From: Elephas maximus
Lineage: Eukaryota
Length of the DNA: 64,000 nucleotides
Assembly: GCF_024166365.1 (NCBI RefSeq)
Contig: NC_064830.1
Span: 89,268,968 to 89,332,967, forward strand
Direction of reading: 5' to 3'
Shown here: positions 13,643 through 26,300 of the stretch, in pieces
Layout: every line of letters starts with the position of its first letter
Position numbering within the stretch: the stretch's first letter is position 1
Translations under genes and position numbers: made by a program
Notes under the pieces: model-generated
Told to the model about the DNA's origin: nothing
The model's database searches: none
What the model saw: the letters and a program-made list of their open reading frames with translations, nothing else

Positions 13643-16600
13643 CTGGAAGCGAAAAAAAAAAAAAAACACAGAATTCATTGAATAATGTGGCCCTTGGAAA
13701 CCATCCAGCAAGTTGCTCTAGCTGTAAGACTGACAGAACTCAGGTGAAGGGGATGGAGTTGTAAACTGGCAGTCAGGCATAAATCCTGGCTATGCCACCT
13801 TTTGGCTAGTGCATGGGGAGCCTCTTAATGTGACCCTCAGGTTCCTCATCTGTAAAATGGAGATAATGCCGACCTTGATGGGACTTCAAGCATCAAATAA
13901 GATCGTGTATCTAAAATATATGCAATACCTATTACAAAGCTGGCTAACGTTTGAGCACTTTCATGCAAAAAGGTATAATAATCCTTACCTTCGAGGAAGG
14001 TATTAAGTGAATTGATATAGGGCAGAGAACTTTGTAAAGTAGAAAGTACTTGAATAGGACTGTAGATTAGGGTGCTTACTTGGTATCCTACCTGGCTTCA
14101 GGGACCTTAGTGAAAATAGTCAAGACAGACTAAGGTGGGGAAAGCTGCTAGTACAAGGTATCAGGGCTGGAGAAGAGCCTAATGTCCAACTCGGTTGCCT
14201 ATCAGTCATTTCCATGTAAAGATTTTTAGCCAATCTGCCCTTACATAGGAGCCTGAAATTTTTTCTAGGGTCCAAATGCATTCTCCATGGCTCAGAATAG
14301 AGAAGTAGACATTTATGGACACTCACAGGCTACTGGGGAGATAGCTAAGAGTTTGAAGAAGTAGACATGCTCTGGATCCTCAAAGGCTACTAGGGGAGGC
14401 AGCTAAATGTTTGGAAAACAAGATAATGCCAGAGGAAGGAGCAAGATGGCAATGTAAACAGGGGTACACTCCTGTCTCCCCACAATTAAAACAAAAAGCA
14501 GAAATTGATGGAATCCACAGTATCGGAACTCTGGAAACCAGGCAAAGGGTTAGGGAATCTCAGCGAATGCTGCATCAAAAAAGGCGACGTATAAATAGTA
14601 GGAGTGTATTGATCATACACCGTCCATACCCAATCCCCTCTTCAGTTTGGCACAGCAATCTTGTGGAAGCTACAGCAACCAGTACACAACAGTTAAAATA
14701 ACAACAACCATAACAACATAAGAAGAGAAAGCCCTAGGGAAGGGGAAGAAGCTGACTTCCAGAGTTACCACAGTGTGAGTCAGATGTCCTGATTTCAACA
14801 AAAAAAATCATAAGATATACGAAGAAATAGAAAAGAATGGCCCATGCAAAAGACCAAAATAAAGTGAAGTAAACCATCCCTGAGGAAGGACAGATAATGG
14901 ACTTACTAGTAAAAGACTTTAAATTAACAATGCTAAATATGCTGAAAAAGCTAAAGGAAAATATGGACAAAGAACTAAAGAAAATCAGGAAAATGATACA
15001 CGAAAAAAATGAGAATTTCAGTAAAGAGAAATTTTTAAAAAGAACCCAAACAGAAAGACTGATGTTGAAACAGTAATAGAAATAAAAAATTCACTGGAGG
15101 GGCTCAGCAGCACATCTGAGCTGGCAGACAGAAGAATCGGACAATTGAGATTGTCAAGAATGAGGAGCAAAAAGAAAAAAAATGAAGAAAAGAGATCCTG
15201 AGGGACTTGTGGGACACCATCAAGATGACTAATATACGCATTATGGGAGACTACGAAGGAGTAAAGAGTAATGAACAGAATGACTATTTGAGGAAATAAA
15301 AAACTTCCCCAATTTGACAAAAGACATGAATCTACATATCCAAGGAGCTCAGCAAACTACAAGTAGGATAAACTCAAAGATACACACACTGAGACACATT
15401 ATTATCAAATTCTCAAAAACCAAAGATAAAAGGAGACTCTTGAGACCAGCAAGAGAGAAGTGAATCATTACATACAAGGGATCCTCAGTAAAATTAAGTG
15501 CCCATTTCTCAGAAACCACAGAAGCCGGAAGGCAGTGGGATGACCATATTTAAGGTACTGAAAGGAAGAAAAAAAAAAACAACTGTCAATCAAGAATTCT
15601 TTATCCAGCAAAATTACCTTTCGAAAATGAGGGCAAAATTAAGACAATCCCAGATAAACAACAGCTGAAGGGGTTTGTTACATCAAGATGTGGTAAAGGG
15701 AGTCCTTGGTGTTGAAAAGAAAGGACGCTAGACAGTAACTCAAAGACAAATGACGATTAAAAAAAAAAAGGAAGACCTCCAGTAAAGGTAATTTAATGGG
15801 TAAATATCAAGGTTACTTTTATTGTATTTTTGTATTGTAACTCTACTTGTTTTGTCTTACATGATTTAAAAGAAAAATGCATAAAATAATGATAAATCTA
15901 TGTCACTGGACACACAATATATAAAGATGAAATTTGTGACAAAAACAACAATTAAAGGGGGAAGAGGAACAATATAGGAACAGAGTTTTGTATGTTTTTG
16001 ACGTTATCAATTTAAACTAGTTTGCTATAAATATAGCATGTTAAATGTAACTCCCATGGTAACCACAAAGATACCTAAAATATATATATATACAAAAGGA
16101 AATGAGAAGAGAAATCAAAAAAGTTCACTACAGAAAATCAAGTAAACACAAAACTAGGCAGTATTGGAGGAAATGAGAGACAAAAAAAGGTGTAAGACAC
16201 ACAGTAAATAAACGGCAAAATAGAAGGCCTTCCTTATAATAATTCTTTTAATGTAAATGGATTAAGCTCTCCAAACAAAAGGCAGAGATTGGCAGAATAG
16301 ACAAGAAACGTGATCCAACTGTATTCTGTCTATAAGACACCCACTTTAGATCCACTTGTAGTTTGAAGGTGAAAGGATGGAAAAAAATATTCCAATGCAA
16401 ACAGTAGCCAAAAGACTAAACTTGGCTATATTAATATCAGACAAAACAGATTTTAAGACAATGCCAGAGTTTGTAAGCTGAGTGCCAAAGAACATGGTGC
16501 TGACTAGGCAGAAATAATCCAAAGACGGAAAAGATCAAAGGGCTGGAATTCTTGGAGGCTTCTTGGAGGGCCTTCAAGGACTAGGAAGGAAGGCATTCTA

Positions 16601-17390
16601 GGTTGGGCATGAAGGATGAATACACAGACTGGGAAGAGGTAAATTTTGTTGCTAGGAGGGTCAAGGAAGCTGGAGAGCTAGCTTCATATGTGGAGTGAAG
16701 TCAAGTGGTTACAGGCTGGCTAATGTTTCATTGACAACCTTACTACCTCCCAGCTGTGTGTGAACTCGGGCAGTGTTCTCTAGCTCTTTTCAGAGCTTGC
16801 TCACACTCATCTTTGAAGTCAGCACCTCAGAAAAATCTCAGACTATCTTCATCAATAACCCACTACATCGTACACCCTTCACTGCATTTATCGTCCTCAA
16901 GTTCATCTGCCTCTTCAATCAGACTCGGCTCATTCCAGCAGCACATGGAAGTGGTACAGCACGCTGGTCAAGAGGAAAGACTCTGGAGCCAGACTTCCCA
17001 AATTTAGATCCACTTTTTTTACTGGTTGTATGACCATAGGCAAGTCATTTCACCTATGTGTGTGGGTCTTCTCTTCTGCATGACAAAGGACAGTACCTAC
17101 CTCATAGGGTTGTTGTGAAGATTAAATAATACGTGTTCACAGCATTCTCAAGGTGCTTGGCACATAGAAAGCTCAATCTAAGTATGAGCAGTAAGCTCTT
17201 TGAGGGTAGGAGGTAGTCTGTCTGGTTTACCACTCTGCCTTTATAGAACTTTGGTTTCCTCCTCTGTGAACTACATGAGACTATAATGTCTCTTAGAGAT
17301 TGTTACGCATATTAATGAACAGAGGTGAAGAATACCCACCCAGCTCCTGGCCCTGAGCGGGTACTCGGTAAATCCTCGCCTCTCACTCAC

Positions 17391-17517
17391 CGTCTCAATG
17401 GCCAAGGCCTCCGCTTTCAGCTTGGCCTGCAGCACAGAGCCTTCTCCCTCAATCCGTGCCGCCTCTGCGCGAGACTCAGCCTCGGCCTTGGCAGTCCCGG
17501 TGCTCTCCACGGCTGTG
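17391..17517 (-). CDS. MVP: MVP coding exon 12: (S)[42 protein letters not shown]. Acceptor CTCCAG|C, donor GACG|GTGAGT.
   Basis: ORF 17271..17510(-). 127 nt. Confidence 0.9.
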
Positions 17518-17685
17518 CTGGAGGAGGAGGCAGCCTGGTCAGTCAGGACCCAGGAGGAAGCCCTGTCCTCCCCAGCCTTGACTTAGGCTGTAGTAGCTTT
17601 CGCCTGCCCACTTCTCCCTGACTAGCTCCTTTTCCAAGACCTTCAGCCCCCTACCAACCTTTTCTTCCTCTAGTTCTCAATGTAC

Positions 17686-17802
17686 CTCAGAGCCTCCAGC
17701 TCCAAGAGTTCCCTGCGAGCTCTTTCAGCTTCTGACTGGTCCAAGATCTTCTGCCTCTCAAGCCGGCCTCGGGCTTCTTGCTCTAGTCTCTGAGCTTCAT
17801 GC
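17686..17802 (-). CDS. MVP: MVP coding exon 11: (K)[38 protein letters not shown](S). Acceptor TCCAG|G, donor CTGAG|GTACAT.
   Basis: Translation of the minus strand. 117 nt, phase 1 to 2. Matches the start of the human cap-helix region. Confidence 0.85.
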
Positions 17803-18606
17803 CTGGACAGGAGAGGGGACAGGTAGGATGCTAGCAGAGGATCAGACCTGGCATGTGAGCTCTAAGGGAAGGACCACCAATCTATCTGGTGTTCAGGGCA
17901 GACTCTGCCCATGGAAGGCCCTCAAAGTGCAAACGAGGGGACACTGTGGCCGCTCACTGTGAGCCAGGTGCATTCCAGACCCAGGGGAACACAGCATGAT
18001 TGAGGCCCTGCTTTCACACAACTAACCTTCCAGTGGGGACAAGAATAAACAAGGATGATGTCAGACAGTAAGGTAGTAGAATGGGTGCTGTGAGAGCATG
18101 CCTGGGCAAAGAGTGCTGCTTCCCTTGGGGCAAAAAGAAAAATGCCCTCCAAGGAGGTCATCTTTGGGCTGAGGCTGAAAAAGTAGCCTGCCTTGCACAA
18201 TCCTGGGGGATAGCATTCTGGGCAGAGGAAGCAGCCAATGCAAAAGACTGTAATGTGGGAACAAGCTTGCATTCAGGGGCAGAAAGACTGAAGCATCTGA
18301 GCTAGGGGAGAAGGCTAGAAGGCAGGTGGCCAGAAGGCAGGGCTGGATCTCAGGGGGCACGGAAGGTCACAGAAAGGAGCTTGGGTTTTATCATGAGCAA
18401 GGTGGGAAGCCACAAGTACAGGGGTGGCATCTGAATCACACTGAGTCTACTGCCTGTTGGGTAGAAAAAGGATCCTTTGCAGCAGGCGGACCATTAAGGG
18501 TACCGTGTGATTCAGGTCCTTGCAGTGGGATGGAGATACGGACCCTGAGAGAAGGTCTGGCCTGCAGTGGGCAATATGGGCAGCTGGGTCCCCAGGCCTC
18601 ACTCAC

Positions 18607-18993
18607 TTGGCGGCTGCCTCCTGGGAGTTGGTGGTGATCTCGATGGCCAACTGGACACTGCGTTGCAGGGCATCCCGGGTCCTCTGGTCCACGGGCTCCA
18701 CAGACTGTACATCCACGCTGCTGACCACCAGTCCATTCTGGGGGAAGATGGCCTGATCCCGGGGCTGGGGCAGGGCTGTGCCACCAGGCCCCTTGGCTTC
18801 CGGGGTCTCAAAGCCAAAGACAGCAGTGCGGATGATGCGGGCCGAGTTCTTATGGAAGTCATCAAAGGTGACGGAGGCCACGGCACCTCGCACCCGGGAT
18901 GCGATGGCTTTGCAGGCATCACCCACGAAGTCGGGCACTGAGAAGAGCTTGGCTGTCTCTTGGGGGTCCTTCTGGTCACTCAGTTCAAAGTGC
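18607..18993 (-). CDS. MVP: MVP coding exon 10: (W)[128 protein letters not shown](K). Acceptor CACAG|G, donor GCCAA|GTGAGT.
   Basis: ORF 18603..18938(-). 387 nt. Very high identity to human MVP, including the shoulder domain. Confidence 0.9.
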
Positions 18994-19291
18994 CTGTGAG
19001 CAAAGCGGTTCAGAATAGGAGAAGCTGTTTTTCTTCAAGAAGTACCTCAACATTCACCCCTAGGCAGGGTCTCTAACGATAGAGGATGCTAACTGGTACC
19101 AGGAACAGTCCTAAGAAACTCACGTGTGTCTCACTTAATTGTCACAGCCATCCTGTGAGGTGGGGATAAGCATAAGCCCCAATTTACAGCTGAGAGAGGT
19201 GACATGACCGGCCCAAGGTCGCACAGTATGTATTCAGTCAGAAACTTGAACCCAGGCAGTCTGACTCCAGGGTCTGGGTTCCCAATTATGG

Positions 19292-19497
19292 GAGCCCTGG
19301 TGGCACAGTAGTTGAGGCACTCAGCTGCTAACCAAAAGGTTGGCGGTTTGAACCTACCAGCCACTCCATGGGAGAAAGAGGTGGGAGTCTGCTTCCATAA
19401 AGATTTACAGCCTTGGAAACCCTGTGGAGCAGTTCTACTCTGTCCTTATAGGGTCGCTGTGGATCAGAATCAACCCAGTGGCAGTAGGTTTGGTTCT
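19292..19497 (+). mobile_element. AfroSINE, in the MVP intron between coding exons 9 and 10
   Basis: gggagccctggtggcacagtagttgaggcactcagctgctaaccaaaaggttggcggtttgaacctaccagcc... Confidence 0.85.
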
Positions 19498-19527
19498 GAT
19501 TTAGTTCCTAACTACCATGCTATATAA

Positions 19528-19650
19528 CCTGTTGCCATCAAGTTGATTCCAACTCATAGTGACCCTATAGGACAGAGCAGAACTGCCCCATAGGGTTTCC
19601 AAGGAGCAGCTGGTGGATTCGAATGGCTGAGCTTTTAATTAGCAGCCAAG
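19528..19650 (-). mobile_element. AfroSINE fragment, opposite orientation, adjacent to the previous copy
   Basis: ccatcaagttgattccaactcatagtgaccctataggacagagcagaactgccccatagggtttccaaggagcagctggtggattcgaa. Confidence 0.8.
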
Positions 19651-20291
19651 CTTTGACTGGATATGTCAGCACCCCATCTGCCTTGGCCAAGAGGTGAGGA
19701 ACATGTGCTTGGGAGTTGTCCAGCATTACTCCTGTAAGTGATTTATCTCCCTTAATTCTAATAGCTGACATTTGAGCTCTAACTATGTACCAGGCACTGT
19801 TCTAATTCTCATTGCACCATTTCAACAACCTGTGAAGTAGGTAATGTTGTCATCCTCATTTTACAGATTGGGAAACTGAGGAAAGCACTAAGTCACTTGG
19901 CCACGTCTGCAGTTAGTAAAGGGCAGAGCTGGGCTGCAGCTCTAGGTGCTCTTGCCCACCCCTCCCCAACACTGCCCACTCCCAGTTTATTCCCAATTAA
20001 TCTTCTTATAACCTTGCAAACAAGTGTTTGGCTGAACACCTGCTGGGAGTTTGGCTTGGACTGCATCTCGCTCTTGCATCTCTAAAGTCCCCCTCCCTGT
20101 CAGTCCCCCTGGGCATCACACTGGATGGGCATACACTCCTCTTGGCCATGACATGAAGTAAGGCAATCTGCTCTCATTCTAAGCTCAGCACTGGAGGGGG
20201 CATCTCTCTTCCTCAGGGTTCATCTCTCCTCCTCAGGGTTCCCCTGGGACGGCACCCAAACCTCACCAACGTTTCCCCCCGCGCCCGTTAC

Positions 20292-20489
20292 CAGTTGTAA
20301 GCAAGCTGAAGTTGCAGCCTGGCGTGGTCTGCGGTCTCGATGGTGATGACATCCGTAAAGAAATCAGGCCCCAGCAACAGGCAGAGAGCACGCCGGGAGT
20401 GGGGACGCTTAGGCCGCCCGGCCGAGAGGGACAGCACCGTGAACTGCTCCTCAGGTCCTAGGGACACCAGCTCAGGCCCAAAGACCACG
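20292..20489 (-). CDS. MVP: MVP coding exon 9: (R)[65 protein letters not shown](W). Acceptor TGCAG|C, donor AACTG|GTAACG.
   Basis: ORF 20288..20488(-). 198 nt. Confidence 0.9.
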
Positions 20490-20636
20490 CTGCAGAGGGA
20501 GCCTGAGTCAGACAGCTAGAGAGCTCCTGTGGCCCCGCCCACTTCCCCGCCCCTCTCCACCAAGGCCCCACCCCTTTCCCAAGGCCCCGCCCCTCTCTCC
20601 GCCTCCCCTGTGGTCCTCCACCGCGGGGACCCTCAC

Positions 20637-20884
20637 CGAGCTTTCTTCTCTCTGTAGTCATACACCTGCACCGCAGCGTTGTGAGGGACGCGGTAGCTGA
20701 CCACACGGGTTTTGTTCCGGGGGGCTGACGGTTGTTGAAGGACCTTGGCTGTCGCTTTCTCACCCCTGTCAGCCAGGGGGTCTTGCCCCTTGTTGAGCAG
20801 CTCCTCCACTCCGGGAGGCAACTCCTTCTCCCACAGGACTTCATCCTGTGTCAGCATGTAGGTGCTTCCAATCACAGCGCGCAC
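20637..20884 (-). CDS. MVP: MVP coding exon 8: [82 protein letters not shown](R). Acceptor TCAAG|GTG, donor GCTCG|GTGAGG.
   Basis: ORF 20633..20884(-). 248 nt, phase 0 to 2. Confidence 0.9.
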
Positions 20885-21140
20885 CTTGAGAGATGGGGAC
20901 AGGGCTGATGTTACCAGGGAGGGTAAAGGGAGAAAGACCCACCCAGCGGTCCTGAAGCAGGACTGTTCCAGGGAGGCCGTAGAGCATAGTGGTTAAATAC
21001 AGTCTCTGCTCAAATCCCAGTTTGCCATCTGCTGTTTTTGCCATCTTCGAAAAGCTATTTCACCTCTGGCCTTCACTTTCCTCATCTGTAAAATGGACAA
21101 GATAGTGGCTACCTAACTGGGTTGAGAATGAACAACGTTC

Positions 21141-21370
21141 TGTATGTCTAATGGAGTCCCTGGGTGGTAAAAATGGTTAATGTGATTGGCAGCTAACAGA
21201 AAGTCTGAAGGTTTGAATCTACCCAGAGAAGCCTCAGAAGAAAGGCCTGATGTTCTACCTCTGAAAAAACCAGCCGTTGAAAAGTCTGTGGAGGATAGTT
21301 CTACTCTGACACCCATGGGCTCACCGCGAATTGGAATTGACTCAACGGCCACTGGTATATGTCTAGTGCT
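21141..21370 (+). mobile_element. Diverged tRNA-derived SINE, AfroSINE-like
   Basis: ggagtccctgggtggtaaaaatggttaatgtgattggcagctaacagaaagtctgaaggtttgaatctaccc...ctactctgacacccatggg. Confidence 0.6.
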
Positions 21371-21987
21371 GGAAACAGCACTTGTCCTATAGAAAGTGCT
21401 CAATATTATTTCTCCTGCTATTTCCCTTCAAAGGCCAGCTTTGAGGGCACCACAGGGACAGATGCAATCCTAGGAAGTAGGTAGTGTATACTAATACCCC
21501 CGGGATCCTGAGCTATACTTCTGGGTTGGATTCTTAGTGGAAGAAGTTGGAAATGTGGTCCTAATCAACCCATGGCCAGGTTTTAGGGTTTATTTGGGTG
21601 AAGTAGTAAGAAGGAAGAACTCCACCAGGATATGGACATGGGGAGGAGGTAGGTTTTTACTGTTTGTAGGCCACACCCTACTTGGACCTTTATGCTGGGG
21701 GCCGGATCTACAGTGCGGACAGAGTCCCATACTTAAACCATGCTCATCCTTTCAGTTGGGGTCTCTAAACTTTGAAATTTAAGACAAAAAAAAAAAGAGA
21801 GATGGCAAATACTTCAAGGAACACCCTCATGCCTACCAACCTGCTGAGGTACTGCTGTCAGTACAGTTGAAGTCCCTTCCCTCACCTCTACCTTGTACTT
21901 GTCCACTTAAGCATCACTCTCTTTGCCCAGAGAAGTCACTGTGGTGGCTGCACAGCAGTGACAGCTGCCCACCCCCCGAGCTGTTAC

Positions 21988-22269
21988 CCTTCCAGTCTTG
22001 ACATCTTGTACATAGATGCCCTCATTCTCATCCAGAGGGATGGCCTGACGCTCTTCCACAACCTCCACCTTGGCAGATGGCACATACTCCATGGGTCCTC
22101 GGATGAGCCAGCGCTCCCCGGCCTGACGAGAGACCTTCTCCTCGTCCTCTCCTTCCTCCAGGGGCTGCAGGGCCCTCAGCAGCAGGCCCTGCTGCTCCGA
22201 CAGCACATACACGTCCTGGATGCCTCGCTCCAGCTTCTCCCCTGGCTGCAGGAAGAAAGATTTCTCTCC
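21988..22269 (-). CDS. MVP: MVP coding exon 7: [94 protein letters not shown]. Acceptor CCAG|GGA, donor AGG|GTAACA.
   Basis: ORF 21907..22212(-). 282 nt, 94 codons. Confidence 0.9.
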
Positions 22270-22387
22270 CTGGTGGGAGAGGTGGGGTTGGAACAGCTGC
22301 CACCCAGGGTTACAGACACCTCTGATGGCACCTCCCCCAGCTCCATCCGGCCTCCTGCCTCAGGCTTGTGTTGAGGATCAAACAAAA

Positions 22388-22545
22388 AAACAAACCCATT
22401 GCCATCAAGTCGATTCTGACTCATACTGACCCTATAGGACAGAGTAGAACTGCCCCATAGTTTCCAAGGAGCACCTGGTGGATTCGAACTGCCGACCTTT
22501 TGGTTAGCAGCCCTAGCTCTTAACCACTGTGCCACCAGGGTTGAG
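22388..22545 (-). mobile_element. AfroSINE in MVP sense orientation, about 120 nt upstream of the coding-exon-7 acceptor
   Basis: ccattgccatcaagtcgattctgactcatactgaccctataggacagagtagaactgccccatag...ggttagcagccctagctcttaaccactgtgccaccaggg. Confidence 0.85.
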
Positions 22546-23861
22546 GACAGGAGCCTGAAGTGACTATCTACCCCCAGCCCCACCCCATGTCACAACACAG
22601 TGGAGAGTTATCTGGGCTGTGCAGCTCTCTCAGGACATGGAGCCTTACAAGCTCAATGGTTAAGAATTCACCTTTTGTTCCTCTTCAGTTCTCCTATGTT
22701 TTGTTTTCTCAGGATGGTATAGTCCAGGGGTTGACAAGCTCTGGCCTTTGGGCCAATTCCAGCCTGCTACCTGTCTTTTATTTTTTTAATATATATATAT
22801 ATACTTTATTGAGATATAATTCACATACCATAAAATCTATCCTTTTAAGTGTACAAATCAGTGATTTTAGTATATACACAGCGTTATGTAACCATCATTA
22901 CTATTTGATTTTAGAATGTTTTCCATCACTCCTGAAAGAAACCCAGTTCCCACTGGTAATCATTCCTCATTCTTTCTACTCCCAACCCCTGGCAACCACT
23001 AATCCACTTTCTGTCTCTATGGATTTGCCTATTCTGGACATTTCGTATAAACTGAATCATACAATATGTCACCTTTTGTGTCTGGCTTCTTCACTTAGCA
23101 TAATGTTTTCTAGGCTTATCCATGTTGTATAGCAAGTATCAGTACTTCATTCCTTTTAATAGCTGAACAACATTCCATTGTATAATACACATTTTGCTTA
23201 TCCATTCATCAGCTGATGGACATTTGGGTTGTTTCCACTCCCTCTGCCTCCTACTTTTATAAATAAAGGGTTATAATGACATAGCCACACCCACTCATTT
23301 ACCTGTTGTCTATGGCTGCCTTTGTGCTACAATGGCAGAGTTGAATAGTTGCAATAGAAACCATAAGGCTCACAAAGCCTAAAATACCTACTACTGGCCC
23401 TTGGTCGAAAAAGTTTGCTGGCCCCTGGTGAACCAACATATAGTTCCAAGGGGGAAGAGTTGTGTGTGAGGAGAAGGCGAAAGCCAGAAATTTTTAAAAA
23501 ATCAGGTATCATTGAACTCAAGGAAGTTACATGCACATACCCAGGGACAACACAGTTACCAGAAGCGAGGGATGTGTGATGGAAGGGAATGAGCTGCGGG
23601 GTCTCTGGGCTTGGAGGAAGGCCAGGAAGGCTCTCCCAGGGGAGGTGGTTGGGTGGGACATTATTTCAGGTACACATGATGACATGAGTGAAGGCCCAGA
23701 GGGAACCATGGCGAGCTTGGTGTTTCTAGAATGTGTGCCTGGGGTAGAAAGAGGGAAGGGAGAAAGTCAGAGTCTCATGCTATTCCAGGGCATTTATGCT
23801 CCCAGGGCAGGCCTCTGGGTCAAGTGGGGAAGACTTCCAGCAGAGAGGAAGAGGAGGGTAC

Positions 23862-24098
23862 CTTGACAACACGCTTTTGGCCAAGCTGGTTCTTGCCATC
23901 TGGTCCGACCGGGTCGAGGATAACACAGTAGTTGTGGGGGCCCAGGGTGGTGATGGGCACGACCCCCAGCACCAACTCACAGACATCCGGCACATGGGCC
24001 TCTGTGTCCTGCACTGTCACCAGCCATTCCTCCCCAGTGCGGCGGGTCACTCCCCTCAAGTCCCGGAAGTTCTGCCGAGCCCTGAGGTGCAAGGCCGT
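23862..24098 (-). CDS. MVP: MVP coding exon 6: [79 protein letters not shown]. Acceptor TACAG|ACG, donor AAG|GTACCC.
   Basis: ORF 23820..24092(-). 237 nt, 79 codons, phase 0 to 0. Confidence 0.9.
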
Positions 24099-24401
24099 CT
24101 GTAGAGCGAAGACATTGTGGGTGTCTGGGTAAACCTACCTCCAACTTCCTCAGTGGATCTTGGAATGAGCAGCAACTCCACCCAGTGGCCACTAAATGCT
24201 CCCAGGTCTGAGTGACAATTTCTACCAACCCAGGAGGCCTTTTTAGCCTTCTCAGGTGACCCAGAATACTCCTCAGGTGATCTAACCTTTTTTTTTTTTT
24301 AGTGGCCCTAGAAATATGAATTCTTTTCTACTCTCACATTCTGCCACTCTGAGTGCTCCCTATGTGGAGGCCCCTTAACTCACCACCCTCAGAGCACAAA
24401 C

Positions 24402-24496
24402 CTTTTCCGTGAGGATCACAGCATCCACCAAATCCAGAACCTCTTCAAACACTGCTGGTAGGTATGCACCCACTGACCGGACCAGCCATTCTTCTC
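24402..24496 (-). CDS. MVP: MVP coding exon 5: (G)[31 protein letters not shown]. Acceptor CTCAG|GA, donor AAG|GTTTGT.
   Basis: Translation of the minus strand. Length 95 nt fits phase 1 to 0. No ORF-track entry because the exon is short. Confidence 0.85.
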
Positions 24497-24899
24497 CTGA
24501 GCCAAGGACAGAGAGGTGAGGGTCAAAGGTCACTCAGCCTGTTCCCCAGCTGCCCCTTCCCACAGCCTGGCCAACAGGGGACGAGCAGGGCTTTGTAGGT
24601 GACAATGCCACTGCAACTGGGCTCAAGGGCCTGACAGGAGACCTTGTATTGGCTCCTTTCTAACCCAGCCCGGGAGAATAGAAAAGCCCTTCCAAGATGA
24701 CCAAGTTGCTGGTATGCCAACCCTGCTGTGCTTCTCTAACTGCCAAAATCCACCTTCTTCCTGCCCATCTTGGCCCTACAATGGGCAGCAGATTTAATTT
24801 ACTGAATAAGCAGAGTGCCTTGGTGCAAGTCCCCAGCCTCGCCCTTTCTGGCCCTATACCCAGGGGAAGTGCCTCAGTTTTATCATATGGAAAATGGGA

Positions 24900-25140
24900 A
24901 TAGTAGTATCTCAATTGGACATGTTATCAGGAGGAACCAGTCCCTGGAGAAGGACGTCACGTTTGGTAAGGTAGAGGGTCACCAAAAAAGAAGACCCTCA
25001 ACAAGATAGATTTTACACAGTAGCTGAAATAATGGGCTTAAACACAGCAATGATTGTGAGGATGGCTCAGGACCAGGCAGTGTTTTGTACAAAGGATTGC
25101 TATGAGTCAGAAGCAACTCGATGGCACCTAACAACAACAG
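24900..25140 (+). mobile_element. RTE 3'-tail fragment
   Basis: ORF 24815..25009(+) ...GHVIRRNQSLEKDVTFGKVEGHQKRRPSTR matches the RTE ORF C-terminus at 59760-59930. Confidence 0.75.
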
Positions 25141-25544
25141 TATCTCAAGGCTGTCTGAGGATTAAATAAAGTAATATTTGTAAATCATTTAGAATCATAC
25201 CTGGCACAGGCTAAGGGCTGGGTTTGTTAATTGTATCTGAATACCTGTTTTGTTGATCTAGAACCAGACAAGAAGGGGCCATTGCCCCTAGATCATGGTG
25301 AAGAAGGAAAAAAAACCCATGTCAACATGATTATGATCACAGGGTCAGGGCTGGGATAGAGGCAGCATGAAACAGGAGGTGGGGAAGCAGCAGCAGTCCC
25401 CAATGGCTTTCAAGAGATACTGGGGAAGCACTTTCTCCCGGGCTACAAGTAGCTTTCCCCTGACCTTCCCCTACTTCTTCTGCAGCTGAGGCAGTCAGAG
25501 GCACTGCCTGCCCACCCACCATCACAGTCCCTCTATAACTCCAC

Positions 25545-25676
25545 CTGTCACCCTCTCCCTGCCATCCCGGTCCCGGCACTCCTTGCGGGCCCTCAGCCGC
25601 AGGGCCTGGTTCTGCCTGATGACTGTGGCCTGAATGATCTCCACGACCTCCACCTCCTTCTGGGGGATGTATGTGC
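25545..25676 (-). CDS. MVP: MVP coding exon 4: (G)[43 protein letters not shown](G). Acceptor CCCAG|GC, donor ACAG|GTGGAG.
   Basis: Codon-counted against ORF 25337..25579(-), which is the +1 frame. Protein matches human MVP. Confidence 0.88.
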
Positions 25677-25788
25677 CTGGGAAGGGAAGATGAAGTGGAG
25701 ATTAAAGGTCAGAAGATATCAGGGCTAATGTGGGAGGACAGGAAGCCCCTGACCCCAACTGGGGCTCCACAGAAGGAAGTCAACTTAC

Positions 25789-25912
25789 CAGGTCCTTCGA
25801 ATAGCCACTCGTCTCCTGCCACCACCTTGTCTCCGCTCTCATCCTCAAAATCCAGCAATGCCTTAAGATGCAGGGCAGTGTTGGGCAGAACCACCTGCAG
25901 CGGGGTGATGCC
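25789..25912 (-). CDS. MVP: MVP coding exon 3: [41 protein letters not shown](G). Acceptor CTAG|GGC, donor CCTG|GTAAGT.
   Basis: ORFs 25709..25894(-) and 25780..26016(-). Length 124 nt, phase 0 to 1. Confidence 0.9.
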
Positions 25913-26149
25913 CTAGTGGGAGAAAGAGGTTCATGAGCAGCTCTCTTGGGACTCCAGGGGTCAAACCTGATACCTTGGAGGTCAGAGTCCACGGCATCAA
26001 CCTTTACATGTCCCAAAATAAGACCCTGGGTGGAATGTGTAAGGTATGGGCGATCCCAAAGCCACCTGGTCTGAAGAACTAAGCGATGGCATCCACAGAG
26101 CTAAAGGGTGCCGTTGCTGATGAACCAAAGTTACCAGTGGTTAAGTATG

Positions 26150-26300
26150 GTTGCCATTGAGTTGATTCCGACTCAAAGCGATCCTACAGGACAGAGTAGA
26201 ACTGCCCCATAGGGTTTCCAAGGAGCGGCTGGTGGATTCAAACTGCTGACCTTTTGTTTAGCAGCCAAACTCCTAACCACAGCACCACCAGGCTCCTTAG
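26150..26300 (-). mobile_element. AfroSINE
   Basis: ttgccattgagttgattccgactcaaagcgatcctacaggacagagtagaactgccccatagggtttccaaggagcggctggtggattcaaactgctgacc. Confidence 0.85.

Noticed and set aside
18520-18999. Overlapping ORFs 18520..18756(+), 18567..18941(+), 18599..18979(-) and 18778..18999(+)
   Set aside because: These are alternative or antisense frames across MVP coding exon 10. Only the frame of 18603..18938(-) matches MVP.
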